Assembly: GCA_963785725.1 (NCBI GenBank)
Contig: CAWAWS010000002.1
Span: forward strand, 96,001 to 160,000
DNA length: 64,000 bases
Direction: 5' to 3'
Origin: an uncultured delta proteobacterium
GTDB lineage: Bacteria > Myxococcota_A > Polyangia > Palsa-1104
Shown here: in pieces, positions 10,363 through 19,587 of the stretch
How positions within the stretch are numbered: the first letter of the stretch is position 1
Layout of the letters: each line of letters begins with the position of its first letter
Translations under genes and position numbers: made by a program
Notes under the pieces: model-generated
Seen by the model: only the letters and a program-made list of their open reading frames with translations
Database searches by the model: none
Told to the model about the DNA's origin: nothing

Positions 10363-11343
10363 CTAAAAGTCGATTTCGGTGCCGGCGTTGGCGTCGCGCG
10401 CGGCGCGATAACACAGCTCGGCGGCGACGAGGTCCTGCCACGCCAAGCCGACGGCGGCGAAGATGGTGATCTCGTCGGCGCTTTCGCGTCCGCGTTGACG
10501 GCCGGCCAAGACTTCGCCGAGCTCGGCGTGGATGACGCCGCCGTCGAAGTCGCCCGCGCGCGCGCCGACGTTGAGCGCGCCGTCGGTCAGCGCCAAGGCC
10601 CGATCGTCGACGATGACTTTGGCGGCGCGCACCAACTCCGGCGCCAGCTCCACCTTGCCCGGCTCGTCGGCGCCGAACGCCGAGACGTGCGCGCCGGCGG
10701 CGACGAGCGACAAGTCGAGAATGGGCGCGCGGCTCGTCGTCACCGCGATGACGATGTCGGCGCCGTCGCAGGCCGCGCGCGTCGACTCGGCGGCGCCGGC
10801 GTCTACGCCGAGGCTGCGCGTCAGCTCGCTGGCCAGCTGCGCCGAGCGCGTCGCCACCGGATCGTAGATGCGCACGCGCCCGAGCCGTCCGGTCGCCTGC
10901 AGCGCGCCCAAGTGCCACGTGCCTTGCACGCCGGCGCCGAGCAGCGCCACCGTCGACGCCTCCGGCCGCGCCAGCATCGTCACGCCGAGCGCGCCCGCCG
11001 CCGCCGTGCGCATCGCCGTCAACAGCGACGACTCGACGATGGCCCGCAGCGCGCCCGTCTCGCGCTCGATGAGCAGCACGGCGCCGCGCAAGAACGGCAA
11101 GCCCAGCGCCGGATTGGCCAGCGTCTTGGCGTTGACCTTGACCGTGTAGCAGTCGTAGCCCGAGAGCACGCCGGGAAAGTTGACGACGACCGTCGCGCCG
11201 TCGGCGATCTGCGCCCGCGCGCGCTGCGGCGCCGGCTGCATCGGCTCGGTCGAATGGCGAATGTAGGCATCGCCCATCGCCGACGCCAGCGCCGGCATCG
11301 CCAGGTGCCGCGCCACGTCCGCCCGCGACAGAAGCAGCGTCAC
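10363..11343 (-). CDS. Ornithine cyclodeaminase / mu-crystallin family protein
   Basis: LTAMRTAAAG, GAGVQG, GADEPGKVEL, AVGLAWQDL; GTG start overlaps greB stop (GTGA). Confidence 0.9.
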   Translation of the reverse strand: MTLLLSRADVARHLAMPALASAMGDAYIRHSTEPMQPAPQRARAQIADGATVVVNFPGVLSGYDCYTVKVNAKTLANPALGLPFLRGAVLLIERETGALRAIVESSLLTAMRTAAAGALGVTMLARPEASTVALLGAGVQGTWHLGALQATGRLGRVRIYDPVATRSAQLASELTRSLGVDAGAAESTRAACDGADIVIAVTTSRAPILDLSLVAAGAHVSAFGADEPGKVELAPELVRAAKVIVDDRALALTDGALNVGARAGDFDGGVIHAELGEVLAGRQRGRESADEITIFAAVGLAWQDLVAAELCYRAARDANAGTEIDF

Positions 11344-12128
11344 GGCTTCTTCGCCGGCTTGCCCGCCGTCTTGCTCGCCTGGGCCGCCTTGATCTGCGCC
11401 GTCCGCGAGCTCTCGACTGCTTTGACCACCTTCGGCTTCGGCACCGGCATCTTCGGCTTGGCCGCGACTTTGACCTTCGGCATTTTCTTCTTCGGCAGCG
11501 CCTTGAGCCGCGCCTGCGCATAGCGCTCGGCATCCTCGTCCGACTCGAACGGCTCGTCATCCTCGTCGTCGTCGGGAGCGACGGCGGCCGCGATCGGCGC
11601 CGCCTTGACGGTCAGCTCGATCGGCCGCGTCTCGTCCGCTTCGCCACGCTTGGCGCGCTGATAACGAATGTCGACGATCGTCAGCTCGCGCGACCCGGCG
11701 TGCCATTTGACGACGAAGCTCTCGTCGAGCTGCTTGCCGATGAGCGCGTGGCCGATGGGCGACTTCCAGGAAATGCGCCCGTGCTCCGCCTCCACCTCGT
11801 CGACGCCGACGATCTGATAGACGTGGCTCTCGCCTTCGTCGTCCTCGACCTCGACCCAGGCGCCGAAGAACACGCGATCTTTGCGCGACTGGTCGGCCTC
11901 GACGACCTGCACGAACTCGAGCCGCCGCTTCAAAAAGCCGAGGCGCCGATCGATCTCGCGCAGGCGGCGCTTGCCGTAAATATAGGCGGCATTCTCCGAG
12001 CGATCGCCTTCGGCGGCGGCGTCCGACACCTCGCGCACGATGCGCGGCCGCTCGACGACGGCCAGCTCCGTCAGCTCGTCGACGAGCCGCTTGTAACCAT
12101 CCGGCGTGATGTAATTCTTTTCCGCCAT
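11340..12128 (-). CDS. greB: Transcription elongation factor GreB with acidic then Lys/Pro-rich C-terminal extension
   Basis: NYITPDG, AAAEGDRSENAAYIYGKRRLREIDRR, VFFGAWV, IVGVDE, ISWKSPIGHALIGK. Confidence 0.93.
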   Translation of the reverse strand: MAEKNYITPDGYKRLVDELTELAVVERPRIVREVSDAAAEGDRSENAAYIYGKRRLREIDRRLGFLKRRLEFVQVVEADQSRKDRVFFGAWVEVEDDEGESHVYQIVGVDEVEAEHGRISWKSPIGHALIGKQLDESFVVKWHAGSRELTIVDIRYQRAKRGEADETRPIELTVKAAPIAAAVAPDDDEDDEPFESDEDAERYAQARLKALPKKKMPKVKVAAKPKMPVPKPKVVKAVESSRTAQIKAAQASKTAGKPAKKP

Positions 12129-12184
12129 TTGTCCGTTAGCTTTTATCCGAATTCTGCGTTAATGGCTAAAGGCTGGCGCCGACG

Positions 12185-13000
12185 ATGATGAGCCGCGACG
12201 ACATTCTCGATTCGCTGACCGAGCTCGGCTTCTCGACCAACGAGGCGCGCGCTTACAAGGGACTCTTGATGGAGAGCCCGGCCACCGGCTACGAAATCGC
12301 CCAGCGCGCCGGCATTCCGCGCTCCGCCATCTACGCGGTCTTGAAGCGCCTCGAAGACGACGGCCTCGTCGCCCGCGTCGAAGAGACGCCCGCTCGCTAC
12401 GCGCCGTTGCCGCCGTCGGATCTGCTCGGCGTGTTGCGCCGCCGTTTTCAGCATTCGCTCGAGGCGCTCGACGGCAGCCTGCGTCGCCTGCGCCCGCCGC
12501 CGCCGCCCGTCGATCTGTGGAACGTCACCGGCTACGCCGAGGTGCTCGATCGCGCCGAGTCGCTGATTCACACGGCCGAAAAATACATCTTTTGCAGCCT
12601 GTGGAAGCGCGAGTCGCTGCGGCTCAAGGCGGCCTTGGAAGCGGCGGCGCGCCGCAAGGTCAAGATCATCACCTTCAGCTTCTGCGCGCTCGACGACCTG
12701 CCGGGCAAAGTCTACAGCTATCGGCTCGACGAAGAGGACTTGGAGGCGTTCTGGCGCCACAAGCTCATCCTCGTCGTCGATCACGCCCGCACGTTGATGG
12801 GTGGCGCCGAGCTGGAGTCGTCGGAAGCGGTCGTCACCGGCCATCCGGCGATCACCGAAGTGGCGCTCAACAACATCGCGCTCGACGTGACGCTCTTCGG
12901 CCAACGGCAAAAAGTCGACACCACGCCGTCGATGGTCGAGATGCTCGGCGATCGCCTAGGCTCCCTAGACCCGCTCTTCAACAAAGCCAAAAAGTCCTAA
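12185..13000 (+). CDS. TrmB family transcriptional regulator
   Basis: LTELGFSTNEARAY...TGYEIAQRAGIPRSAIYAVLKRL wHTH; C-terminal effector domain (LILVVD). Confidence 0.9.
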   Translation: MMSRDDILDSLTELGFSTNEARAYKGLLMESPATGYEIAQRAGIPRSAIYAVLKRLEDDGLVARVEETPARYAPLPPSDLLGVLRRRFQHSLEALDGSLRRLRPPPPPVDLWNVTGYAEVLDRAESLIHTAEKYIFCSLWKRESLRLKAALEAAARRKVKIITFSFCALDDLPGKVYSYRLDEEDLEAFWRHKLILVVDHARTLMGGAELESSEAVVTGHPAITEVALNNIALDVTLFGQRQKVDTTPSMVEMLGDRLGSLDPLFNKAKKS

Positions 13001-13030
13001 CGTCGCAGCCCTAAACCGTCGCGCTCGCCG

Positions 13031-13154
13031 AGTAAAACGTCGTGAGCGGCGCAAGCGCAAGGCGGAGCGAGAAACGGAGCGGAGCGGGCTCTGTGCCCGT
13101 GAGCACCGTATCGCAGCGACAACGCCGCGATTGCGTCGCTCACGACGTTTTACT
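13031..13154. repeat. 124-bp MITE/REP-like element with 24-bp terminal inverted repeats
   Basis: AGTAAAACGTCGTGAGCGGCGCAA (13031-13054) vs TTGCGTCGCTCACGACGTTTTACT (13131-13154), 23/24 complementary; internal hairpin GCGGGC-TCTGT-GCCCGT; lies between convergent genes. Confidence 0.7.
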
Positions 13155-14034
13155 GTTTGATGGTGCCGGTGCCGCCGACGCTGCCGACGGTGCTGGTGCC
13201 GCCCGAGACGTCGATGGCGAAGCGCGCGGCGTTGGCGGTGGCGTAGATGGCGACGCGGCCGCCGCCGCCGCCGCCGCCGTTCTTGCCGGCGCCGCGACCG
13301 CCGCGGGCCAAGATCTGGCCGCCGCCGAACACCGTGTCGGCTTCGATGAGCACGCTGCCGCCGGCGCCGCCGCCGGCCGCGTCGCCGCTGCCGTCGAGGC
13401 CGTTGGCACTGATGAGCGTCAACAAGTTGAGCGAGCTGCAGGCCAGCTCGATGACACCGCCGCCGTTGCCGCCCGTGTCGCCGCCGCCGCCCGAGCCGGG
13501 CTCGCGCGGGTAGGCGCTGTCGCCGAAGGGCGCGCCGCCGCCGCAGACGCCGGGGTCGGCGCCGCCGCCGCCGTAGCCGCCGCCGGACGCGCCGGCGTCG
13601 TTGGCGCAGCCGCCGCCGGCGCCGACGCCGGTCTCGGCCAAGTCGCCGCCGCCGTTGGCCTGCAGCGTGCCCGCGATGCTGATGCTGTTGGCGCAGGCGA
13701 AGAACTGCGTGGCGTTGACGGTGGCGGTGATGGTCAGGCGATCGTACGCGTGGCAGCCGCTGACGCTGGCGCCCGACAAGTTGATGTCGCCCTCGTTGCT
13801 GGCCGGGACGCACGGCAGCTTGGCGCAGGCCGCCGGCAACACCGGGCCGCCGTCGACGAGGGTGACGCCGCCGTCGCCGACGATGCCGCTCAAATCGCCG
13901 TTGTCGCCGCTGAGATCTTGGCCGGGGACGAAGATGCCGCCGCCGTCACGGCCGAGGTCGCTGCCGCCGTACGGCAACGCGAAGACGTCGCTACAGCCGG
14001 CGCAAAAGAGCACGAGCGCCCAGCTGCGGCCCAT
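13150..14034 (-). CDS. Glycine-rich secreted lipoprotein
   Basis: MGRSWALVLFCAG-C lipobox; repeated GGGxGGxG / GSGGG / ISANG / GGGGGGRVAI glycine-rich domain. Confidence 0.8.
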   Translation of the reverse strand: MGRSWALVLFCAGCSDVFALPYGGSDLGRDGGGIFVPGQDLSGDNGDLSGIVGDGGVTLVDGGPVLPAACAKLPCVPASNEGDINLSGASVSGCHAYDRLTITATVNATQFFACANSISIAGTLQANGGGDLAETGVGAGGGCANDAGASGGGYGGGGADPGVCGGGAPFGDSAYPREPGSGGGGDTGGNGGGVIELACSSLNLLTLISANGLDGSGDAAGGGAGGSVLIEADTVFGGGQILARGGRGAGKNGGGGGGGRVAIYATANAARFAIDVSGGTSTVGSVGGTGTIKQ

Positions 14035-14036
14035 CG

Positions 14037-15929
14037 TCACTTGCCGAGACGCGCCGATCCGGTGGCGCCGAGACGTGCTTCGTCGGCATAGCGGCCGTGC
14101 GGCTGGACCTGCAAGTAGCGCTGGTAGGCGGTGTTCGCTTCGCCTTGGCGACCGAGCGCGTGCAGGCAGCGCGCGGCGCCGATGAGCGCCTGCTGCGCGC
14201 GCGGACCGTGACCGGCCGCGACCGCCTGCAAGTGCGGCACGGCGCCCGCGCAATCGCCGAGACGATCGCGGCGCGCGCCGGCGAGGAACAGATGCGCGTC
14301 ATCGGCGTGCGGCGCTGACGGGAAACGGCGCAGATAATCCTCGAGCGCTTCCAGGCCCGCGCGCGTATCGCCGCCCGACAGCAGCGACTCGCCGCGACGG
14401 AACGCGGCCTCTTCGGCGAAGATGCCGTGGGCGAAACGGCGCTCGCTCTCGCCGTACGCGACGGCAGCGCGCAGCGGATCGCCCATGTCGTGGCCGAACG
14501 TCTGCGCCAACAGGAACTGCGCCTGCTCGGCTTCGGGACCATCCGAGCGCGCGACGCCGATGAGCAGCGGCAGCGCGCGCTCGGGCCGATGCGCCAGCCG
14601 CTCCGCCTGCGCTTGCAGGAGCGCCGCGCGATCGAGCTGGACGCGGGGCGCGTGGCCGGCGCGCAGCAGCTGCAAACGCGAAATGGCGCGATCGTACGCG
14701 CCGGCAAGGACTTCGGCTCGGGCGCGACCGAGGGCGTCGCGCGCGGCTTGGTTGGCGTCGGCGCGCGGCTGTGCGCTCGGCGCCTCGGCCGCGTGCCCCG
14801 CGGTCGGTGGCGGCTCGTCGATCGACAGCTCGAGCATCTCGGCGCGGAACAGCGTCGGCGTGCCCGCGCCGACGTCGACGCGCTCTTCGACCGGCAGGTG
14901 CCCTTCGGCGCGCACGCGCACGGCGTGACTGCCCGGCGCCACCGCCAACGACAGCGGCGCGCGACCATAATCGACGCCATCGACGGCGACCGTGGCGTCG
15001 GCGACGTCGGCGAACACATCGAGGCTCTCGGTCGGTCCCGAGGCGAGCGTCATGTCGAGCGCGCTCAGGCGCAACGCCGACTCGGCCGACAGCGCGCCCG
15101 GCGCCGTCGCGCCCGCCGCGAGCTGCGTCCCGGCCGGCACTTCGATGATGCGACCGGCGACGGCCACCCGCACGCGGCCGCGATCGCAGGCGACCTGCGT
15201 GCCCGCGGCCGACGAATCGACGAAGAAGCGCGTCCCGTGCACGCTGACCCGCGCATCGGCCGTCGCCACGATGAGCTCGGCGCCCGCCGCCAACGGATCG
15301 ACGTCGAGGACGACCGTGCCGCGCTCGAGCGTCAGCTGGCGCAGCTTGGTCAGGCTCGTCGACAGCTGCACGCGCGCACCGGTGGCGCCGCCCTCGACGG
15401 CCACGCGCGCGCCGCCCCACGTCGCCAAGACGCGGCCTTGAGGCGCGATGGTGAGCCAGCCGCGCGTCGGCACGACCATCTTGGCTTCGGCCACGGCATG
15501 ATCGTCGCCCAATTCGACGTCGGCCACGCCCTGCCGCGCGGCGATGGCGAAGCCGACATTGTCGCCGCCGCTGGCCACGGCTTCGTGACCCGCGCGCTGC
15601 GGATGCTTGAACGCCATCATCAACGCGAAGCCCGCTAGCGCGCTGGCGCACGCCGCCAGCGTCAGCCGCGACCACACCGGCCGCCGCCGCTCGAGGCGCC
15701 GGCGCACCGCCGTGATGTCTGCTTGCCGCATGAACGGCGGCTCCGCCGGCGGCTCCAGCGCCTCATGCACCGCGTCGATGCGCGCCATGGCCCGGCGACA
15801 GCGCTGGCAGCCGTCGACGTGATCGCCGATCCAACCCGCAGCCTCGGGCAACAGACGGCCGGCGCGAAACGCGAACAGCGCCTCCTCGGTCGGACCGCCT
15901 ACGTGAACGACTGGCGCGCCCGCGCTCAT
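14037..15929 (-). CDS. Anti-sigma factor: zf-HC2 - TM - FecR - PEGA - TPR
   Basis: HVDGCQRC (HxxxCxxC), TM, LERG...VSVHGTRFFV...CDRGRVRV FecR motif, PEGA, C-terminal TPR (YLRRFPSAPHA; YLQVQPHGRYA); ATG overlaps ECF stop. Confidence 0.85.
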   Translation of the reverse strand: MSAGAPVVHVGGPTEEALFAFRAGRLLPEAAGWIGDHVDGCQRCRRAMARIDAVHEALEPPAEPPFMRQADITAVRRRLERRRPVWSRLTLAACASALAGFALMMAFKHPQRAGHEAVASGGDNVGFAIAARQGVADVELGDDHAVAEAKMVVPTRGWLTIAPQGRVLATWGGARVAVEGGATGARVQLSTSLTKLRQLTLERGTVVLDVDPLAAGAELIVATADARVSVHGTRFFVDSSAAGTQVACDRGRVRVAVAGRIIEVPAGTQLAAGATAPGALSAESALRLSALDMTLASGPTESLDVFADVADATVAVDGVDYGRAPLSLAVAPGSHAVRVRAEGHLPVEERVDVGAGTPTLFRAEMLELSIDEPPPTAGHAAEAPSAQPRADANQAARDALGRARAEVLAGAYDRAISRLQLLRAGHAPRVQLDRAALLQAQAERLAHRPERALPLLIGVARSDGPEAEQAQFLLAQTFGHDMGDPLRAAVAYGESERRFAHGIFAEEAAFRRGESLLSGGDTRAGLEALEDYLRRFPSAPHADDAHLFLAGARRDRLGDCAGAVPHLQAVAAGHGPRAQQALIGAARCLHALGRQGEANTAYQRYLQVQPHGRYADEARLGATGSARLGK

Positions 15930-16537
15930 TGCCGTCCCCCGTCGATCGGCTTCGTCATCAGCTTGCCGCGCGCCGTGCGCAGCCGCCGCTTCACCGTGCG
16001 CGTCGAGCAGTCGAGCACCGCCGCCACGTCTTCGAGCGGCAGATCTTCCACTTCGTGCAGCACGAACGCCGCCCGCTCCTCGGCGCCCAGTTGATCGAGC
16101 GCGGCGCGCGCCGACATGACCGCGCGGCCCCGATCGAGCAGCTCGTCGGGCGTCCGCGAGCCTTGCGGCAGCGTCGCCTCCTCGGCGTCGCGGCGGAACC
16201 AGCTGCGCACGCGATCGTAACGGCGCGCGCGCGCGACGACGCGGTGGCAGATGCCGAACACGAACGTCGAGACGCGCGAACGACCTTCGAAGCCATCGAT
16301 CGAGCGACACACCTGCTCGAGCGACGACTGCACCAAATCCTCGTGCTGCTCGCGATCGCGCGGCGTCGCCAGCCGATAGACGATGCGATAGATCGACGGA
16401 TAGAGCGCGGTCATGAGCAGGTTGAGCGCGGCCGGATCGCCGGCCCGATGCCGCTCGACCAGCGCGGCCAGCTGCGGCTCGGGATCGCCGGCCGCTAACG
16501 TCGCAGGGCGTTTTTGCGTTCTATCCACGAGCTGCAT
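15926..16537 (-). CDS. ECF RNA polymerase sigma factor
   Basis: EDLVQ...FEGRSRVSTFVFGI (region 2); RAAFVLHEVEDLPLEDVAAVLDCSTRTVKRRL (region 4); SD GGAGG. Confidence 0.92.
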   Translation of the reverse strand: MQLVDRTQKRPATLAAGDPEPQLAALVERHRAGDPAALNLLMTALYPSIYRIVYRLATPRDREQHEDLVQSSLEQVCRSIDGFEGRSRVSTFVFGICHRVVARARRYDRVRSWFRRDAEEATLPQGSRTPDELLDRGRAVMSARAALDQLGAEERAAFVLHEVEDLPLEDVAAVLDCSTRTVKRRLRTARGKLMTKPIDGGRQ

Positions 16538-16622
16538 GCCTCCAGTGAGTATCTCAGCGCACCAACAAGGGCCACGCTGCTGCCATCTCTGCGAGCGAGC
16601 GGAGTATAGCGAATTTCATACG

Positions 16623-17825
16623 TTATGGTGTGTCTTGTGCGTTCGATGTCGGCGCCCGTCGCAGGGTCGGTCGACCCCACGACAGCCCGAGCGTGATCTC
16701 GGCCACGGCGCGCGAAAACTCGGCCACCGTCGTCGGTCCCAGCGTCACTTTCTCGTCGGTGACGGCCAAGGTCACGTCGAGCCCGATGACCAGCGACAGC
16801 GCGCCCGCGAGCCGGAACGACAGCCGCGGCCCGATGACGAGCGCGAACGACGCCACGGCGTGCCGGCCGTCGCCGTGGGCGTCGGTGGAGAGGACGACGA
16901 GCGCCGGGCCGGCCGTGGCGTCGAACGCGACCGCGCCGCCGGAAACGCCGACGCCGGCGCGCGCGGCCAAGGCGGCGCGAAAGAAGCCGAGCGCGTGGCC
17001 GTCGAGCGTCTGGTCGGCCCCAGCCAGCGACAGCGTGCCGCCGAGCCGCAAGACCCCGCGCGTCCACAGGATCCGCGCCGCGCCACCATATAACGAAGGG
17101 TTGTCGGCGCCAAAGCCGACGATGGCGGTGGCGGCGGCGTCGAGCGACAGTCGCTCGGCCGGCGGCGCCGACGGCCGGCGGAGGCGAGCCGCCGCCTCGC
17201 GTTCGGCCGCCTCTTGCCGATCGGCCGTGCGCGCCAGCTGCTCCTGCCGCGAACGCTCGGCGGCGAGCCGCTTTTGCACGGCGTCTTCGTCCTCGTCTTG
17301 CGGGCGCGGCGGCGCCGTCACCGTCGGGTGCTCGGCGACGATCGGCGCCGGCGGCGGCGGCGGCACCGGCTGCGGCGGAATCGGCGCCGGCTGCGTCTCG
17401 GGCGGTGCCGCTTTGGGCGCGCCGTGCGGCGCCAGCACGTCGGGAAACTCGGCCGTCAAGACGTCGGAGACCAAGAGCGACAAGCTCTCCGCCAAATCCT
17501 CGGCGTCGCGATAGGGGATCTCCGCTCGTCGCTGCGCGCGCGTCTTGCCGGCGCCGCTGACTTCGACGAGGCAGCGGGCGATGTGCTTGTTGCCGACGAA
17601 GAGGCAGCTCGCCTGCGCCTCGGCGTCGGCCGGCGCGGTCACGGTCAGCGTCGAGCCGAGCTGGCGCAGGGCGACCGCGACGTGCGCCGCCGCCGCCGAC
17701 TGCAGCTGCGCCGGCCCGTGGCCGTCGACGTTGACGCCGCGCCAGCGCACCCGCGCGCCGCCCGTTTCGGCGGCGAAGCTGCTGCCGCCCACCACGAGGC
17801 AGGCGAGCATGAACCAGCGCCGCAC
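16623..17825 (-). CDS. Secreted hypothetical protein, Pro-rich linker and probable C-terminal beta-barrel
   Basis: Signal peptide MRRWFMLACLVVGGSSFA; poly-Pro and coiled-coil segments; alternating hydrophobic strands. Confidence 0.7.
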   Translation of the reverse strand: MRRWFMLACLVVGGSSFAAETGGARVRWRGVNVDGHGPAQLQSAAAAHVAVALRQLGSTLTVTAPADAEAQASCLFVGNKHIARCLVEVSGAGKTRAQRRAEIPYRDAEDLAESLSLLVSDVLTAEFPDVLAPHGAPKAAPPETQPAPIPPQPVPPPPPAPIVAEHPTVTAPPRPQDEDEDAVQKRLAAERSRQEQLARTADRQEAAEREAAARLRRPSAPPAERLSLDAAATAIVGFGADNPSLYGGAARILWTRGVLRLGGTLSLAGADQTLDGHALGFFRAALAARAGVGVSGGAVAFDATAGPALVVLSTDAHGDGRHAVASFALVIGPRLSFRLAGALSLVIGLDVTLAVTDEKVTLGPTTVAEFSRAVAEITLGLSWGRPTLRRAPTSNAQDTP

Positions 17826-17864
17826 GCGCGCACGATAGCATGTCGTCGGTGCTACATTGCGCCC

Positions 17865-18914
17865 GTGCGCGCCCTTCCCTGCCTGCTCCTCCTGATATTA
17901 TTCGCTCGTCCCGCTTTCGCCGATGACCTCGTCATGCACTCCGAGCGCAACCTGGCGCCCGAGCAGTGCTTGCAGCTGCCGGCGGCCGACGTCGCCACGC
18001 GCTGCCCGGGCATGGGCGGTCGTCTCCTCTTCGTCGGCGGGACGCGCTACGCCATCGTCGAGCGCTACGAGCCCAAGCGTTCCACTTCGTGGTGCGACGA
18101 AGGCGACGGCCACTGGCGCTGCCGCCGCGTCGTCGTCCTCGACCGCGAATTGCGCGGCGCGCGGCGACGAAATCCGCAAGCCTACGTGACCGCCGGCGAG
18201 CTCTTGCGCCTCGTCGCCACCGCGCCGTCGTTCAAGGTCGGCGACGAGCTGGGCGCGCTCTTCGCCGGCGCCGAACGCCGCCGCAGCTGCATCGAGTCGC
18301 CGAAGATCGGCTGCGCCATCGAGGCCGCGCGGCTCAAAGTCTACGGACCGACGGGCGCGCCGCTCATCAAGCGGCGGCTGTGGCTCGTCGAGGATGCCGA
18401 TGGACCGCTCTTGCAGTGCGCCGATCAGACGCTGACCCGCTGCGACGCGCTCGATGCCGCCGGCTGGTTGGCGCTGGCCATCACACTGCGGCCGTCGTCG
18501 CAGGCGCCGGCCGGCCCGCCACCCGAGATCGACGTGCCCGACGTGCGCGCCGACCAGCGCAAGCTGCCGCCCGGCGACGTGCTCGCCGCCGCCGATGCCG
18601 CCGACACGCCCGCCGGCGCGCTCGATCCCTACGTCAAGCCGAAGTCGACGCGGTCGTTGCCGAGCGCGCCCTCGCGCGCCGACGCCGCCAAGCTGGCCCA
18701 GGCGCTCGACCAGCACGGCCGCGCCTGCCTCGAAGCCGACCGCTCCACCGTCGAGCTCACGCTCACCGGCGACGGCAACGTCATGGCGCTCGCCGTCGAC
18801 GGCGCCGGCCAGGGAGGGCCGCACGACTGCCTCTTGGCCACGGCGCGCAAGCTGCCGCTGCCGCGCTTTGCCAGCGCCACCTGGCGAATGACGGCCCTCG
18901 TTCGCAAGAAGTAG
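17865..18914 (+). CDS. Secreted Cys-rich hypothetical protein with C-terminal TonB_C/AgmX-PglI-like domain
   Basis: GTG start; signal peptide ending AFA; C-terminus RACL...VELTLTGDGNV...DCLLATARKLPLPRF. Confidence 0.65.
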   Translation: MRALPCLLLLILFARPAFADDLVMHSERNLAPEQCLQLPAADVATRCPGMGGRLLFVGGTRYAIVERYEPKRSTSWCDEGDGHWRCRRVVVLDRELRGARRRNPQAYVTAGELLRLVATAPSFKVGDELGALFAGAERRRSCIESPKIGCAIEAARLKVYGPTGAPLIKRRLWLVEDADGPLLQCADQTLTRCDALDAAGWLALAITLRPSSQAPAGPPPEIDVPDVRADQRKLPPGDVLAAADAADTPAGALDPYVKPKSTRSLPSAPSRADAAKLAQALDQHGRACLEADRSTVELTLTGDGNVMALAVDGAGQGGPHDCLLATARKLPLPRFASATWRMTALVRKK

Positions 18915-18974
18915 CCGTTTTTGCGTCATTTCCTGCGAGCCGAAGCACCCCACGTCGTGCTATAGGAGACGGCC

Positions 18975-19316
18975 ATGGCCGAGAAGCTTGCGCAGGGTCA
19001 GGAGAAATTTGGCGCCGACGAGCGCAAATGGCGCGATGTCGGTGCCGGGTTGAGCGTGCTCGACTTGAACGAGGAGAACGGACGGCGGCTCCAGCTCGTC
19101 CGCATCACGCCCAACGGCCGCATGCTGGCGCACAAGCACGTCGGCACCGAGGTCATGTACGTCGTGCGTGGCTCGCTCACCGTCGACGGCGCGCGCCTGA
19201 AGGCCGGCGATGTCCTCGTCGCGCCGCCCAACACGGTGCACCGCGAGACGTGGAGCGCCGAGGGCTGCGAGCTGGTCCTCGAGTGCTCGCCCGACGACGA
19301 GCTGCTCCGCTCCTAA
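18975..19316 (+). CDS. Cupin domain protein (ChrR-like)
   Basis: AHKHVGTEVMYVVRGSL...LKAGD...PPNTVH; SD AGGAG. Confidence 0.85.
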   Translation: MAEKLAQGQEKFGADERKWRDVGAGLSVLDLNEENGRRLQLVRITPNGRMLAHKHVGTEVMYVVRGSLTVDGARLKAGDVLVAPPNTVHRETWSAEGCELVLECSPDDELLRS

Positions 19317-19587
19317 CTTCCTGCGACTCATGGCGATTGCCGAGCGTCGACCGTTGGCGTCGACGCTTGGTCGCGCCGTTACGACGAAGGCGCGCGCGAG
19401 CAGAGATAGGCTCGCCGTTGCCAGTGACGCCGATTGCAGCTCGGCGCCGAGCGACGGCGGCCTGCCGGTCCAGGCGCTCGTGTGATCGCGTGAGGTTGCG
19501 CGCAGCCCGCGAAGCCGAGCGCGAAGGAAAGCAAGGCGGTGAGCTATCAACCGCTGAATGACAGCGACCTTCTCGCAACGAGACGAG

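Noticed and set aside
19340..19370. 12-bp hairpin after the cupin gene as ncRNA or intrinsic terminator
   Set aside because: No U-tract, no second copy and no recognisable RNA family; insufficient support.
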